DNA from: Turneriella sp.
GTDB taxonomy: Bacteria; Spirochaetota; Leptospiria; Turneriellales; Turneriellaceae
Direction of reading: 5' to 3'
NCBI GenBank assembly: GCA_965279515.1
Contig: CBDIID010000003.1
Span: 4,448,001 to 4,512,000 of the forward strand
DNA: 64,000 nucleotides
In this document: one piece after another, positions 27,318 through 36,954 of the stretch
How the letters are laid out: each line of letters begins with the position of its first letter
Numbering within the stretch: the first letter of the stretch is position 1
Program-made: the position numbers and the translations under genes
The notes under the pieces: generated by a model
Seen by the model: the letters and a program-made list of their open reading frames with translations, nothing else
Told to the model about the DNA's origin: nothing
Databases searched by the model: none

Positions 27318-28016
27318 ATGATCCGCATCATCGACGTTCACATTGACTATCAGCAAGGCGCAGGGGCTTTTGGCAGCGGAGGCGGCGAGCTTGTGCACGC
27401 CCTCAAGGGTGTCACGCTTGACATCAACAAGAATGATTATGTGGCCATCGTCGGCCCATCGGGTAGCGGCAAGAGTACGCTGATCACCGCGGTTGCCGGA
27501 CTCATCGGCCTCGTGAAGGGTGATATCTTCGTCGATAAATATAAACTCACCCGCGCCCGCCGCGCACGTCAGGCAAAAATCCGCGCGAAATATTTTGGTA
27601 TCATTTTCCAGTTTTCAGAAATGCTGGGGCGGTTTACGGTGGAAGAAAACCTGCGCTTCGCCTACGTCGCTGCGCATGGCGCGATCGACGATGGCTACCA
27701 TACGCGTCTCAACTATCTCGCCGAAATGCTCGATATGTTTCCGCTTTTGACATCCTACCCTGGCAAACTTTCAGGCGGGCAGCTGCAGAAAACGGCGATT
27801 GCCCGCGCCCTGGTAAAAGACTCGGCGTTTATTCTTGCCGATGAACCCTCGGGAGACCTCGATCCCGAGTCGGTCGCGCGTGTGAAAAAACTGCTGCGCG
27901 AGGAGCACGAACGCGGCAAGGGCATTCTCCTGGTCACGCACGATAACAAACTGGCTTCCGATGCGACTTCGGTCTTTGAGATGCGCGGCGGCAAAATCAG
28001 TTCTCACTTGAAATAA
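27318..28016 (+). CDS. ABC transporter ATP-binding protein (LolD/MacB-like)
   Basis: GPSGSGKST, LSGGQLQ, ILADEPSGDLD, VTHD. Confidence 0.92.
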   Translation: MIRIIDVHIDYQQGAGAFGSGGGELVHALKGVTLDINKNDYVAIVGPSGSGKSTLITAVAGLIGLVKGDIFVDKYKLTRARRARQAKIRAKYFGIIFQFSEMLGRFTVEENLRFAYVAAHGAIDDGYHTRLNYLAEMLDMFPLLTSYPGKLSGGQLQKTAIARALVKDSAFILADEPSGDLDPESVARVKKLLREEHERGKGILLVTHDNKLASDATSVFEMRGGKISSHLK

Positions 28017-28019
28017 TCC

Positions 28020-29051
28020 GTGACCGTTCTTTTTCAGGATGGTATTCCCGACATTTTTATCCCGGCGCTCGAAAGCCGGGGCTGCCGCATTCAGAAATTT
28101 CCGACGGACAATGCGGCGGCGCACCGCGTGTTTGCCGGCTGTGCCGATGCAGAGGTGATTTTTTTTCGCGCGAATTTCATTTTTGGCGCTGCAGAGGTGA
28201 AAGCCTTGCCGCGCCTGAAGCTCGCTGCCCTGGTGTCTACGGGCACAGATAATCTGGATGCCCGACCGCTGACCGAACGTGGCATCAAGCTTGTGACCGG
28301 CGAGGGCGCCAATGCGCAGGCTGTCGTTGACTACGTGGTGCAGGCACTGCTGTTGGGTGGATTTATTCCCGGGAAACACAGCGTCGGCGTCGTCGGCGCA
28401 GGACGCGTCGGCGGCAAAGTCTGGCAGTTTATGCGGTCTGTCGCGGCCGAGGCGGAATATTATGATCCCTTTAAAGCCTTTCCGGGTTCGCTCGAAAAAG
28501 TTCTCAGCTGCGATTTTGTGACTTTTCATGTGCCGCTGGCGCAAGGCGGGGAACATCCCACGGCAGCGATGCTGAACGAACGCTATTTTAAAGCGGCGAA
28601 GAAGACCATCCGTATTATTCAGGCCTGCCGCGGTGGCATCTGGGATGAAAATTTTTATCGTTCGCTGACGCCAATGGGGCGCATACAGATACTCGCGCAG
28701 GATGTTTATCCGCAGGAACCGCCGGCGGCCGCAGATCTTACGCGCGCGCAGTTTTCGACGCCGCACATTGCCGGCTATTCGACGCAGGGGCGCCTCGGCG
28801 GCATTCTGCGTGGCATTCGGGAGCTTATCCCGGATTTCGATGCGGGGGCTGTCTGGCCGCAGAGCCGGGCCTGGTTTCTCGACACAGAAGCGGCGCAGTT
28901 CACCGCGCCGGGAAAATTTATGGAAATCCGCGATCGCTATTTCTGGCGCAAGGAGTTCCATGAGTATAACGAGGCGGAACAGCTGGAGTTCCGTGAGAAA
29001 TTTCCGGAAATTCCTGCGGAATTTATGGATGCGCTGTTTGTATTGCACTGA
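28020..29051 (+). CDS. pdxB: D-isomer 2-hydroxyacid dehydrogenase, erythronate-4-phosphate dehydrogenase-like
   Basis: TGTDNLD, GANAQAVVDYV, GVVGAGRVG, TFHVPL, DVYPQEP, TPHIAGYSTQG. Confidence 0.7.
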   Translation: MTVLFQDGIPDIFIPALESRGCRIQKFPTDNAAAHRVFAGCADAEVIFFRANFIFGAAEVKALPRLKLAALVSTGTDNLDARPLTERGIKLVTGEGANAQAVVDYVVQALLLGGFIPGKHSVGVVGAGRVGGKVWQFMRSVAAEAEYYDPFKAFPGSLEKVLSCDFVTFHVPLAQGGEHPTAAMLNERYFKAAKKTIRIIQACRGGIWDENFYRSLTPMGRIQILAQDVYPQEPPAAADLTRAQFSTPHIAGYSTQGRLGGILRGIRELIPDFDAGAVWPQSRAWFLDTEAAQFTAPGKFMEIRDRYFWRKEFHEYNEAEQLEFREKFPEIPAEFMDALFVLH

Positions 29052-29130
29052 AAAGGGTGAATAAATAGATATTTAAAGACCTTTTTATCTTAAATTATTG
29101 ACGCCTGCCGGCCCATTTCAAGGCTGGGGT

Positions 29131-30864
29131 ATGAATGGCGGAGCTATTGCAGCGGAAATCATTGCCCGGCGGGGCATCGATACCATCTTCACACTGATTG
29201 GTGGTCACATCTCGCCGATTTTGGTCGAGGCGAAAAAACGCGGGGTGCGGGTTATTGACACCCGGCACGAGGTAAACGCGGTATTCGCAGCCGATGCCTG
29301 GGCGCGGCTGAAAGGTATACCGGGGGTAGCGGTCGTGACTGCCGGGCCGGGCGTTACCAATACCATTACGGCCGTCCGCAATGCTCTCATGGCGGAATCC
29401 CCGCTGGTGCTCATCGGCGGTGCTACTGCAACAGCACTGCGCGGCCGCGGTTCACTGCAGGATATCGACCAGCTACAGCTCATCCGTTCGAATGTGAAAA
29501 AAGCGTTCCGCGCGGCGCGTGTGTGCGATATAGCGGAAATCATGAACGAGGCCTTTGCCACCTCTCAGCACGGCGTGCCAGGGCCGGTATTTGTCGAATT
29601 ACCTGTCGATCTGCTCTACGACGAAACGCTCGTGCGCGAATGGTATGCGGAATCTGCACCCAGGGGCAAGGGCGTCGTCGCGTGGGCTATCCGAACATAC
29701 CTGAAGTTTCATGTGAACCGGCTGTTTGGTGGTCTGCCTTCCCGGTTAATGCAGCCGCAGAAAGCCAAGCCGGCGCGCGGAATATCTTCGGCGGCCTGCG
29801 CGCGCATCGCCGCTGCTATCGCAAAAGCGGAGCGCCCGCTGATTCTCGCAGGAAGCCAGATAGTCGCTAACCCGCAGCAGGCAGGCGCTGTCGCGGCGGC
29901 GCTTACTGACATGGGTATTCCCGTCTATCTTTCGGGTATGGCGCGCGGTCTTTTGGGCCGCGAGAGCACAGTACAGTTCCGGCAGAAAAGGAAAGAGGCG
30001 CTGCGTGAATGCGATCTGGTCATTTTACTCGGCGTGCCGGCGGACTTCCGCCTGAATTATGGCGCGCATATAAACCGGCGTGCATTCCATATCAATGTCA
30101 ATCTCGATCGCCGTGCACTACGGAAAAACAAACGCCCCGATTCAGCCATCCACGCGGCCCCGGCGGAAGTCGTGCTGGGTTTGGCGAAAACAAAAGTCGC
30201 GGCTTCAGCGGCGCGCCTTTCGCCCTGGCTTCGGACTTTATCCGGGCGGGAGAAGCAGCGTGAGGCAGAAATCAAAAAAGATGCTGGCATTAAGACAAAG
30301 TATATCAATCCTGTGGATTTTTTTCTGCGCGCGGCCGAGGCGTTGCCGAAGAAGACAATCCTCATCGCCGATGGCGGCGATTTCGTCGCCACTGGCGCCT
30401 ATGTGCTGCGCCCGGGCGGACCGTTAACCTGGCTTGACCCGGGTGTTTTTGGCACGCTGGGTGTGGGCGCCGGTTTTGCTTTGGGAGCAAAGCTCGCCCG
30501 CCCCGATCACGAGGTAGTCATTCTCTACGGCGACGGTTCGGCGGGTTACAGCCTGATGGAGTTCGATACGTTCGCGCGCCATAAAATTCCCGTCGCGGCA
30601 ATTATCGGCAACGATGCCTGCTGGACACAGATCTACCGCGACCAGAAGGAGTTCCTGCATGATGATGTCGCCTGCATGCTGGCCTATTCGCATTACGACG
30701 GCGTCGCAAAGATATTCGGCGGCGAGGGCAAGACGATTGCGAAACCCGGAGAAATTGCCGGTGGCCTGAGGGCTTTAAAGGCGAGCCTCAGCCGGAAAAA
30801 ACCGTTTATCCTGAACGTGCTGATTGGCCAGAGCGATTTCCGCAAGGGCTCGTTATCCATGTGA
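29131..30864 (+). CDS. ThDP-dependent enzyme, ILVBL/2-hydroxyacyl-CoA lyase-like
   Basis: FTLIGGHISPI, TRHEVNAVFAADA, DGGDFVAT, WLDPGVFGTLGVG, GDGS..GNDACW, FRKGSLSM. Confidence 0.85.
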   Translation: MNGGAIAAEIIARRGIDTIFTLIGGHISPILVEAKKRGVRVIDTRHEVNAVFAADAWARLKGIPGVAVVTAGPGVTNTITAVRNALMAESPLVLIGGATATALRGRGSLQDIDQLQLIRSNVKKAFRAARVCDIAEIMNEAFATSQHGVPGPVFVELPVDLLYDETLVREWYAESAPRGKGVVAWAIRTYLKFHVNRLFGGLPSRLMQPQKAKPARGISSAACARIAAAIAKAERPLILAGSQIVANPQQAGAVAAALTDMGIPVYLSGMARGLLGRESTVQFRQKRKEALRECDLVILLGVPADFRLNYGAHINRRAFHINVNLDRRALRKNKRPDSAIHAAPAEVVLGLAKTKVAASAARLSPWLRTLSGREKQREAEIKKDAGIKTKYINPVDFFLRAAEALPKKTILIADGGDFVATGAYVLRPGGPLTWLDPGVFGTLGVGAGFALGAKLARPDHEVVILYGDGSAGYSLMEFDTFARHKIPVAAIIGNDACWTQIYRDQKEFLHDDVACMLAYSHYDGVAKIFGGEGKTIAKPGEIAGGLRALKASLSRKKPFILNVLIGQSDFRKGSLSM

Positions 30865-32552
30865 GCGCAGCTATGCCAATAAAACCGAACCCGGCAACGA
30901 TCGATAAGATCTGGCTGAAACATTATGACGAGCATGTACCGCCGTCGCTAAAATACCCCGTGGTGAGCTTGCCCGTGATTTTCCGCGAGAGCACGGCAAA
31001 ACATGCCGGCCGCACGGCGCTGCAATTTCTGGGTAAGAAGCTGAGCTATGCGCAGATTGAGAAATCCGCCGTTGCCTTTGCTGCCTATCTGCGCGAACAC
31101 GGCATCGGCAAGGGTGATCGCGTCATGCTGATGCTGCCGAACAGCCCGCATTTTGTCATCGCCTATTACGGAATTCTCAAATGCGGTGCTGTTGTTGTGC
31201 CCGCCAGCCCGCTCGATACGCCGACCGAGGTCGAATTCAAATTCCGCAATTCGTGGGCCAAACTGATTATATTTCTCGACCTGCTTTATGACAAGGTAGA
31301 AACGGTTTTGCAGAATTCACCGAATATACCGGCCGTCGCTGCCGACGTCAGCGATTACCTGCCGTTTCCCAAAAACTATCTCTTCCGTCTGAAAAAGAAA
31401 AGCCTGGTCAAAAAACTTCCCAACTACAACCGCCCGGGCCTCAGGCGTTATGCGGAGGTTATCCGCGATTACCGCCGGCAAGAATTTACCGAAGCAGAAA
31501 TTTCACCGCAGGATACCGCGGTGATCATTTACACCGGCGGCACCACGGGTGTCTCGAAAGGCGTTGTGCTTTCGCATCATGCTCTCGTGGTTAACATGAC
31601 GCAGGCAAAGGCCTGGGGGCAGATCAGCCACAACGATATCGGGCTCTGCGTACTGCCGTTCTTCCACGGTTTTGGTATCAGCGTCGGTCTCAATACCAGT
31701 CTCTCTTCCGGCGGTAAGATGGTGCTCATGCCGCGCTGGGACGAAGCGCAGGCAATCCGGCATTTTGAAAAGGACGGCATAACGGTGTTCGCAGGCGTAC
31801 CGACGATGTATAGCGCGATACTGAACCATAAAAACTTTGCCCGCATGAAAAAGGCCCGGCTGCGCGGCTGTTTTGTCGGCGCTGCGCCGGTGCCCGAGAC
31901 ACTGAAGCGCGCCTTTCGCGAGAAGACCGGCGGCATTCTCATCGAAGGTTATGGTCTGACAGAGGCAGTCACTGCGAAGTGCGCAAATCCCTACCTTGGT
32001 CTCAAAAAGGAAAAATCGATCGGGATTCCCTGGCCCGATACGCTGATGGCCATCATCGATGAAAAGACCGGCGCCGTTCTGCCACCCGGCGCAGAGGGGG
32101 AGATTATACTGCGCAGTCCCGATCTCATGACCGGGTATTGGCAAAACCCCGAGGCTACTGCCGCGGCCATCAAAGATGGCTGGCTCTATACCGGCGACAT
32201 CGGTAAAATGGACGAGGATGGTTTTTTCAGCATCGTCGATCGCAAGAAAGACCTCATTATCACAGGCGGCTACAATGTCTATCCTGCTGAAATCGAAGAA
32301 GTCTTATACCAGTATCCCGGCGTGCTTGAGGCCTGCGTTGTCGGCATGAAGGATGAACACCTGGGTGAAGTCGGCCGCGCGTTTATTGTGGTGAAGCCCG
32401 GCGTGACTGTTTCAGCCGACGAACTGAAAGCATTTCTTTCCGGCCGGCTCATTAAGTATAAAATACCGAAGACCTATATTTTCGAGGCGAGTTTACCCAA
32501 GAGCCCGATCGGCAAGATTTTACGCAAGGAACTGCGGACGCGCGGCCCGTAA
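30861..32552 (+). CDS. Long-chain acyl-CoA ligase (FadD-like)
   Basis: YTGGTTGVSKG, EGYGLTE, GWLYTGDIG, DRKKDLII, PKSPIGKILR; GTGA overlap with the upstream gene. Confidence 0.93.
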   Translation: MSAAMPIKPNPATIDKIWLKHYDEHVPPSLKYPVVSLPVIFRESTAKHAGRTALQFLGKKLSYAQIEKSAVAFAAYLREHGIGKGDRVMLMLPNSPHFVIAYYGILKCGAVVVPASPLDTPTEVEFKFRNSWAKLIIFLDLLYDKVETVLQNSPNIPAVAADVSDYLPFPKNYLFRLKKKSLVKKLPNYNRPGLRRYAEVIRDYRRQEFTEAEISPQDTAVIIYTGGTTGVSKGVVLSHHALVVNMTQAKAWGQISHNDIGLCVLPFFHGFGISVGLNTSLSSGGKMVLMPRWDEAQAIRHFEKDGITVFAGVPTMYSAILNHKNFARMKKARLRGCFVGAAPVPETLKRAFREKTGGILIEGYGLTEAVTAKCANPYLGLKKEKSIGIPWPDTLMAIIDEKTGAVLPPGAEGEIILRSPDLMTGYWQNPEATAAAIKDGWLYTGDIGKMDEDGFFSIVDRKKDLIITGGYNVYPAEIEEVLYQYPGVLEACVVGMKDEHLGEVGRAFIVVKPGVTVSADELKAFLSGRLIKYKIPKTYIFEASLPKSPIGKILRKELRTRGP

Positions 32553-32632
32553 GTTACCGCCTTGACGCTGTCGCTGCCGGGTCATGCTGTGCGGAAAATG
32601 AACTTTTGCGACCCCATCGCGTCTAACCAGCA

Positions 32633-34006
32633 ATGCGGATAATTTACAGATTCACGCTGGGCGCGCTTTTTACACTGACGGCATCCGCACATGCTCATAT
32701 AGAGCTCGTCACGGTGCCCAAGAGCCAGGCGGTGCAGCTCACGATCTATAACAGCGCCGACATCACGATGGTGAAGGAATCGCGCGACCTGACCTTTAAA
32801 CCGGGCCTGAATACCATCCAGTTTTCGTGGGCGGGTACGCTCATCGACCCGACATCGCTGCGCCTGACATTTCTCACGCAAAAAACGAAGCTTACCCTGC
32901 GCGATACGTCGTTTCCGCCGGGGCGCAGCGACGCGCTGCAATGGAATATCGAAAGTGAGATTTCAGGTTCGGCCCGGGTCGAAATCAACTATTTCACCTC
33001 GGGCATCACCTGGAACGCCGACTATACCGCAATCACGAATGGCAATGAAAACCGGATGAATGTCGACGGTTATATCCGCGTCATTAATAATTCGGGTGAG
33101 GATTACCCCAATGCCGAGGTGCGCCTCGTCGTGGGTACGGTGAACCTCGTGGAAAATATCGCCGAACTTGCCCAGGGTAAGTGGCGCTACGGTGAACTCG
33201 ACGACGGCAAAAAGGATCAGGTGAGGCGTCAATTTGCCACGAAGGTGGCCAAGGCCGAAGCGAAGAAACCCTCGCTCAGCCTCAACGGCGGTTCCGGTGC
33301 GACGGAAACGGAAGAGGCCGCCGATGAAAGGGAAAAAGATATCGTCAAGGAAGGCCTTTCGGAATATTTTCTCTTCACCGTCGAGGGAAAGGAAAAAATT
33401 CCCAACGGCTGGCAGAAACGCCTGCGCGCATTCAGCGCGAAGGATGTCGCCGTCAAGGTTGTCTACCGCGCCTCAGACCGAACAACCGCGGGGCAGTTGC
33501 ATAAATTTTATGAATTCCGCAACGTAAAAGAAAAAGGGCACGACCCCAAAACCAGCCTCGGCGTATCACCGCTGCCCGACGGCACGGTGCATATCTTTTC
33601 CGAAGATGCGAAGAATAATCTATCGTACCAGGGCGGCGTCTATATGAAGTATGTTGCGACAGGTGATAAGGTGAAACTCGATGCCGGTGAAACACGCGAA
33701 GTCGTGCTGCGCACATTCACGCGGGATTTCAAGCGTGGTGGGTTTGTGACCGACCGTCACCATGATAAATCCTACTACGTGAAAGAATGGCGCGACGAAT
33801 ATTTCTATGAGCATGAGCTGGAAAATACGGTCAGCCGCGCGGTGAGCATCGAAATCGAACGTAGTTTCCCGGGCAATTTTCTGGCGGGTAAGATTCCGTT
33901 TAAATACGAGAAGATAGATTCAACGACGATTAAGTTTTTCCCCGAGGTCGATGCGCGCGAGAAAAAGAAAATTCCCTATTCGATAAGAATAGAAAATAAA
34001 GAATAA
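32633..34006 (+). CDS. Secreted DUF4139-like protein
   Basis: Signal peptide (AHA), QLTIYN..VKESR, IDPTSL, YFTSGITWNADY, NNSGEDY, PLPDG. Confidence 0.8.
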   Translation: MRIIYRFTLGALFTLTASAHAHIELVTVPKSQAVQLTIYNSADITMVKESRDLTFKPGLNTIQFSWAGTLIDPTSLRLTFLTQKTKLTLRDTSFPPGRSDALQWNIESEISGSARVEINYFTSGITWNADYTAITNGNENRMNVDGYIRVINNSGEDYPNAEVRLVVGTVNLVENIAELAQGKWRYGELDDGKKDQVRRQFATKVAKAEAKKPSLSLNGGSGATETEEAADEREKDIVKEGLSEYFLFTVEGKEKIPNGWQKRLRAFSAKDVAVKVVYRASDRTTAGQLHKFYEFRNVKEKGHDPKTSLGVSPLPDGTVHIFSEDAKNNLSYQGGVYMKYVATGDKVKLDAGETREVVLRTFTRDFKRGGFVTDRHHDKSYYVKEWRDEYFYEHELENTVSRAVSIEIERSFPGNFLAGKIPFKYEKIDSTTIKFFPEVDAREKKKIPYSIRIENKE

Positions 34007-34037
34007 AAAGGGGCAGGGAACATCTCCCGTACCCCTA
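34003..34037 (-). terminator. Rho-independent terminator on the minus strand
   Basis: GGGGTACGGGA-GATGT-TCCCTGCCCC followed by TTTTT on the minus strand. Confidence 0.6.
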
Positions 34038-34047
34038 CTTGGATCGT

Positions 34048-34239
34048 TTACGCTGCTCTAGCCGCTTTCGGTGCAATTTCGCCGATCTTCGCCTGGTATT
34101 CTGTGATCGTTTTCAGCAGGTCTTTTACCGCTTCGCGCACAGAAACAACCAACTCATATTTGTCAGTTTGTCCTTTGAGCTGGAGGTCGCTCAGGGCTTT
34201 TTTCAGGTTGTCGCGGGTCGGGCGCCCCTGGTGAGGATT
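34048..34239 (-). pseudogene. Start-less open frame, probable 3' gene remnant
   Basis: ...DNLKKALSDLQLKGQTDKYELVVSVREAVKDLLKTITEYQAKIGEIAPKAARAA*; protein-like composition and followed by the terminator, but in-frame TGA at 34240-34242 and no ATG. Confidence 0.5.
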
Positions 34240-34298
34240 TCAAACGGAGCGCGAGAAAAAAACGATAGTTTTTGGTATTTCTTCTATAGGAGCACTTC

Positions 34299-34835
34299 AT
34301 GCAATGCCGAAAACAACCGCGCTTTCTTGCCGACAAACCTGTCGAAATTACCCGCCTTCTGGAAATCCGTTTGGCGCCCATCCACTGGAATCGGATTAAG
34401 CTCGCCTCCTGGCAGCGTCGTCGCACCTACTCAACGATAACGCGCTACTGCACTTTGCGCCTGGCCCGCAAGTGCTCCCTGCGTTGGACGCCTAAGCTGC
34501 TGCAAGTCGGCGTGGCTGTTAAAGAAGGGCTCGCGATTGCAAAGGATATGCATAGGCACATGATGTGTCTTTATGGTGAAGATGAAAAGCTTATTCGTTT
34601 AGCGGCGATGGAACTGGGGTTGACAATCACAGCATTTGTGCGCTTAGCGATAGAACTCTACCTCTCGACGCTGGTTATGGAAAAACATAGCCAGCGCTTT
34701 GTCACGAACGCCGAACTAACCTGGGATGGCATCCGTTTCATTGAAAGCGTTCATATCTTTGCCGTGAACACGGGCTCCAGGCCATTTTATCGAAATCTAA
34801 GCTGCGAATACTTCGACATAGCTGGCTATTGGTGA
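34299..34835 (+). CDS. Hypothetical protein with two tandem ribbon-helix-helix-like motifs
   Basis: RBS AGGAG; LEIRLAPIHWNRIKLASW..TYSTITR and MMCLYGEDEKLIRLAAMELGLTITAFVRLAI. Confidence 0.6.
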   Translation: MQCRKQPRFLADKPVEITRLLEIRLAPIHWNRIKLASWQRRRTYSTITRYCTLRLARKCSLRWTPKLLQVGVAVKEGLAIAKDMHRHMMCLYGEDEKLIRLAAMELGLTITAFVRLAIELYLSTLVMEKHSQRFVTNAELTWDGIRFIESVHIFAVNTGSRPFYRNLSCEYFDIAGYW

Positions 34836-34837
34836 CT

Positions 34838-35395
34838 TCAACGTGGCGACACGGCGACAGTTTCAGCGAGATACCTGAGATTCAAGAGCTGCCGGCGCAT
34901 CATGATGAGATCTCCCCACGGCAAAAAGGCGGCAACGAAACCCAAAAATCCGCCAGGGCGCTGGACGAGAAGTTTTACCACGAGGCGGCTGCTGCCATCG
35001 CCGCGGCCGATGACTGCATACGTACAGATGATACGGCCAAACATCTTGACCGCTGAGGATTTTGTCACTTCGAGAGTGATCTGCGAATTCGTCTCGAAGG
35101 CGATCAGCGTAAAGATGCTCATGAAGTTCTGGCCGTTTTCAAGTTTTTCAAGACCCGGTGTCAGAGTCTGTGGACTCTGTTTGCCGGCGTTATCGATCCA
35201 GTCGTAGCTGTAGGGGGCATTTCTTAGCTGGCAAAGCCAGCGAAAGACTGTAGCTGGCGGCGCATCGACCGTGACCGCTCTGTAGATCGTATCATCCGCG
35301 GCAGCGATATATTTGTCGCAGGGATAAATCCGCCTGCGATCTTCTTCTGTGCTGCCCCAGCGGTAGGCAATCGAGGTGGGGCAGAGCTGAAACAT
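34838..35395 (-). CDS. SRPBCC/polyketide cyclase-like protein
   Basis: WGST..YPCD..RAVTVDAPPATVFRWLCQLR.APYSYDWIDN; GDLIMMRRQLLNL. Confidence 0.7.
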   Translation of the reverse strand: MFQLCPTSIAYRWGSTEEDRRRIYPCDKYIAAADDTIYRAVTVDAPPATVFRWLCQLRNAPYSYDWIDNAGKQSPQTLTPGLEKLENGQNFMSIFTLIAFETNSQITLEVTKSSAVKMFGRIICTYAVIGRGDGSSRLVVKLLVQRPGGFLGFVAAFLPWGDLIMMRRQLLNLRYLAETVAVSPR

Positions 35396-35494
35396 GGCAA
35401 AAACAGCGGTTCGCGGAACCAAAAGTCAACGCAAATGGCCAATGTGTCATGAAATCGCTATTTACGCGATCAGGCGGATTGAGGTTCTGCGGCG

Positions 35495-36142
35495 GTGGCG
35501 ACAAACCCCTACCAGCATGTCTATGGCCTGACCGGTGTTATCGGCAGCGGCAAGTCGACGGTGGCCCAGCTGTTCCGCGAGCTGGGGGCCGAGGTGCTCG
35601 ATGCGGATGAACTCGCGCGTTACGTGGTAAATCCCACTGCGCCGTATTACCCTGAGATTCGGTCAAAACTTCTGGCGACGTTCGGGCCGGGAGCGGCCGA
35701 GCCGCTCTTTGATAAAGAGGGCAATCTCAACCGCGGCCTTTTAGGCAAATTGACCTTTGGCGACCCGCGTAAGGTGCAGGCCTTAAACCAGATCATGCAC
35801 CCGGCGATTCAGCAGGAATTCAGCCTGAGGGTCGGCAAGGCGCCGCAGGGGCAGCTCGTGATCTACGATGTGCCGCTGCTATTCGAGGGCGGCCTGGATA
35901 AGTTTGTCAAAGGCACGATTCTGGTCTATGCCCCCGAAAACGTCTGCGTCGAGCGGGCCGTCAGGCGTGCGGCCGCGAAGGGCGAGAACCTGGCCCCCGA
36001 CGCGGTCATCGCCCGGCTTAGATCGCAAATTTCCATTGAAAAAAAGCGCTCTCTCGCCGACTATATAATAGATAACTCGGGTGATCTGGCGGCCCTCAAA
36101 CCGCAGGTGGCCGGGGTTTATCAAAAGTTGGCATCTTTATGA
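35495..36142 (+). CDS. coaE: Dephospho-CoA kinase
   Basis: GLTGVIGSGKSTV, DADELAR, LNQIMHP, DVPLLFE, ADYIIDN. Confidence 0.96.
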   Translation: MATNPYQHVYGLTGVIGSGKSTVAQLFRELGAEVLDADELARYVVNPTAPYYPEIRSKLLATFGPGAAEPLFDKEGNLNRGLLGKLTFGDPRKVQALNQIMHPAIQQEFSLRVGKAPQGQLVIYDVPLLFEGGLDKFVKGTILVYAPENVCVERAVRRAAAKGENLAPDAVIARLRSQISIEKKRSLADYIIDNSGDLAALKPQVAGVYQKLASL

Positions 36143-36954
36143 AAGAATTTTATGTAATGAACCTCGACATGCGCCGCATCGCGATCATCGCGGGGGGCGC
36201 ACTCACGGTATTGGGCCTCGCGCTCTTTATCGGCATGGCGATCGGCCGCGGGCAGGGCGAGCGTAACGCGCGCATCTCTGCCGAAGAGAACCAGCAACAG
36301 AAATTGGGATTACCCGCGTCGGAAAGCGCCGACAAGCTGGTGCTGTCATCGGGGCCAGGCGTGGCCGGGACAGAGCGGTTTTCTGCGATAGAAAAGCCTG
36401 CCGCCGTGATCCCTTCGGTGCCATCGGTACCCGAAACCAAATCTGAAATCCCGCTGCGCGAAGACCCGCTCGTTGCCGGTCCGCCGCGCAAAAAGGCTTC
36501 CGCTAAAAAAGCGCATAAGGTCGTCGATGATGAAGTCAGCGACAAGCCGCGCAAAAAGAAATCCGTCGCTAAAACAAAACGCTCTGAGCGCGAAGAGCCT
36601 GAGATCTCGGGCCGTGTCGAGCACACCAAGGCAAAACGCAAAAAACGCGTCGTCGAAGCCGAAGATGACCAGTTAGCGGCTGTTGCCGGTACCGCATCGG
36701 CGCAGCGTGCCGCCGGTGCGCGTTATACGATCCAGGTGGCGGCATTCAAACGCTCGAGCGAAGCCCATGGTCTCATTGAAAAACTCAAAGAAGAGGGCAT
36801 CAAGGCGCACTCTGAAAAGAACGGGGATTTCTACCTCGTGACCGTCGGCCGCACGAAATCGAAAGGCAAGCTGGAAAAGGCCCTGTCACGCCTGAAAGAG
36901 CTTGAGTACGACGCATACATCCGCAAGCTAAGCAGTCCCTCTGACGAAACGTGA
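36139..36954 (+). CDS. Membrane-anchored SPOR-domain protein (FtsN/DedD-like)
   Basis: N-terminal TM, disordered K-rich linker, YTIQVAAF..YLVTVG SPOR domain. Confidence 0.85.
   Translation: MKEFYVMNLDMRRIAIIAGGALTVLGLALFIGMAIGRGQGERNARISAEENQQQKLGLPASESADKLVLSSGPGVAGTERFSAIEKPAAVIPSVPSVPETKSEIPLREDPLVAGPPRKKASAKKAHKVVDDEVSDKPRKKKSVAKTKRSEREEPEISGRVEHTKAKRKKRVVEAEDDQLAAVAGTASAQRAAGARYTIQVAAFKRSSEAHGLIEKLKEEGIKAHSEKNGDFYLVTVGRTKSKGKLEKALSRLKELEYDAYIRKLSSPSDET

Noticed and set aside
27771..29048. 425-aa minus-strand ORF
   Set aside because: Antisense shadow of the ABC ATPase and PdxB-like genes; no recognisable motifs.
29131..30864. Acetolactate synthase ilvB call
   Set aside because: Motifs fit the ILVBL/HACL clade, and no regulatory subunit or ilv genes are adjacent.
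32598..32642. 14-codon upstream ORF overlapping the DUF4139 gene start
   Set aside because: Too short, with no attenuator-like features; cannot be distinguished from chance.
34039..34440. 133-aa plus-strand ORF
   Set aside because: Overlaps the better-supported RHH-like gene and the minus-strand remnant; no RBS and unnatural composition.
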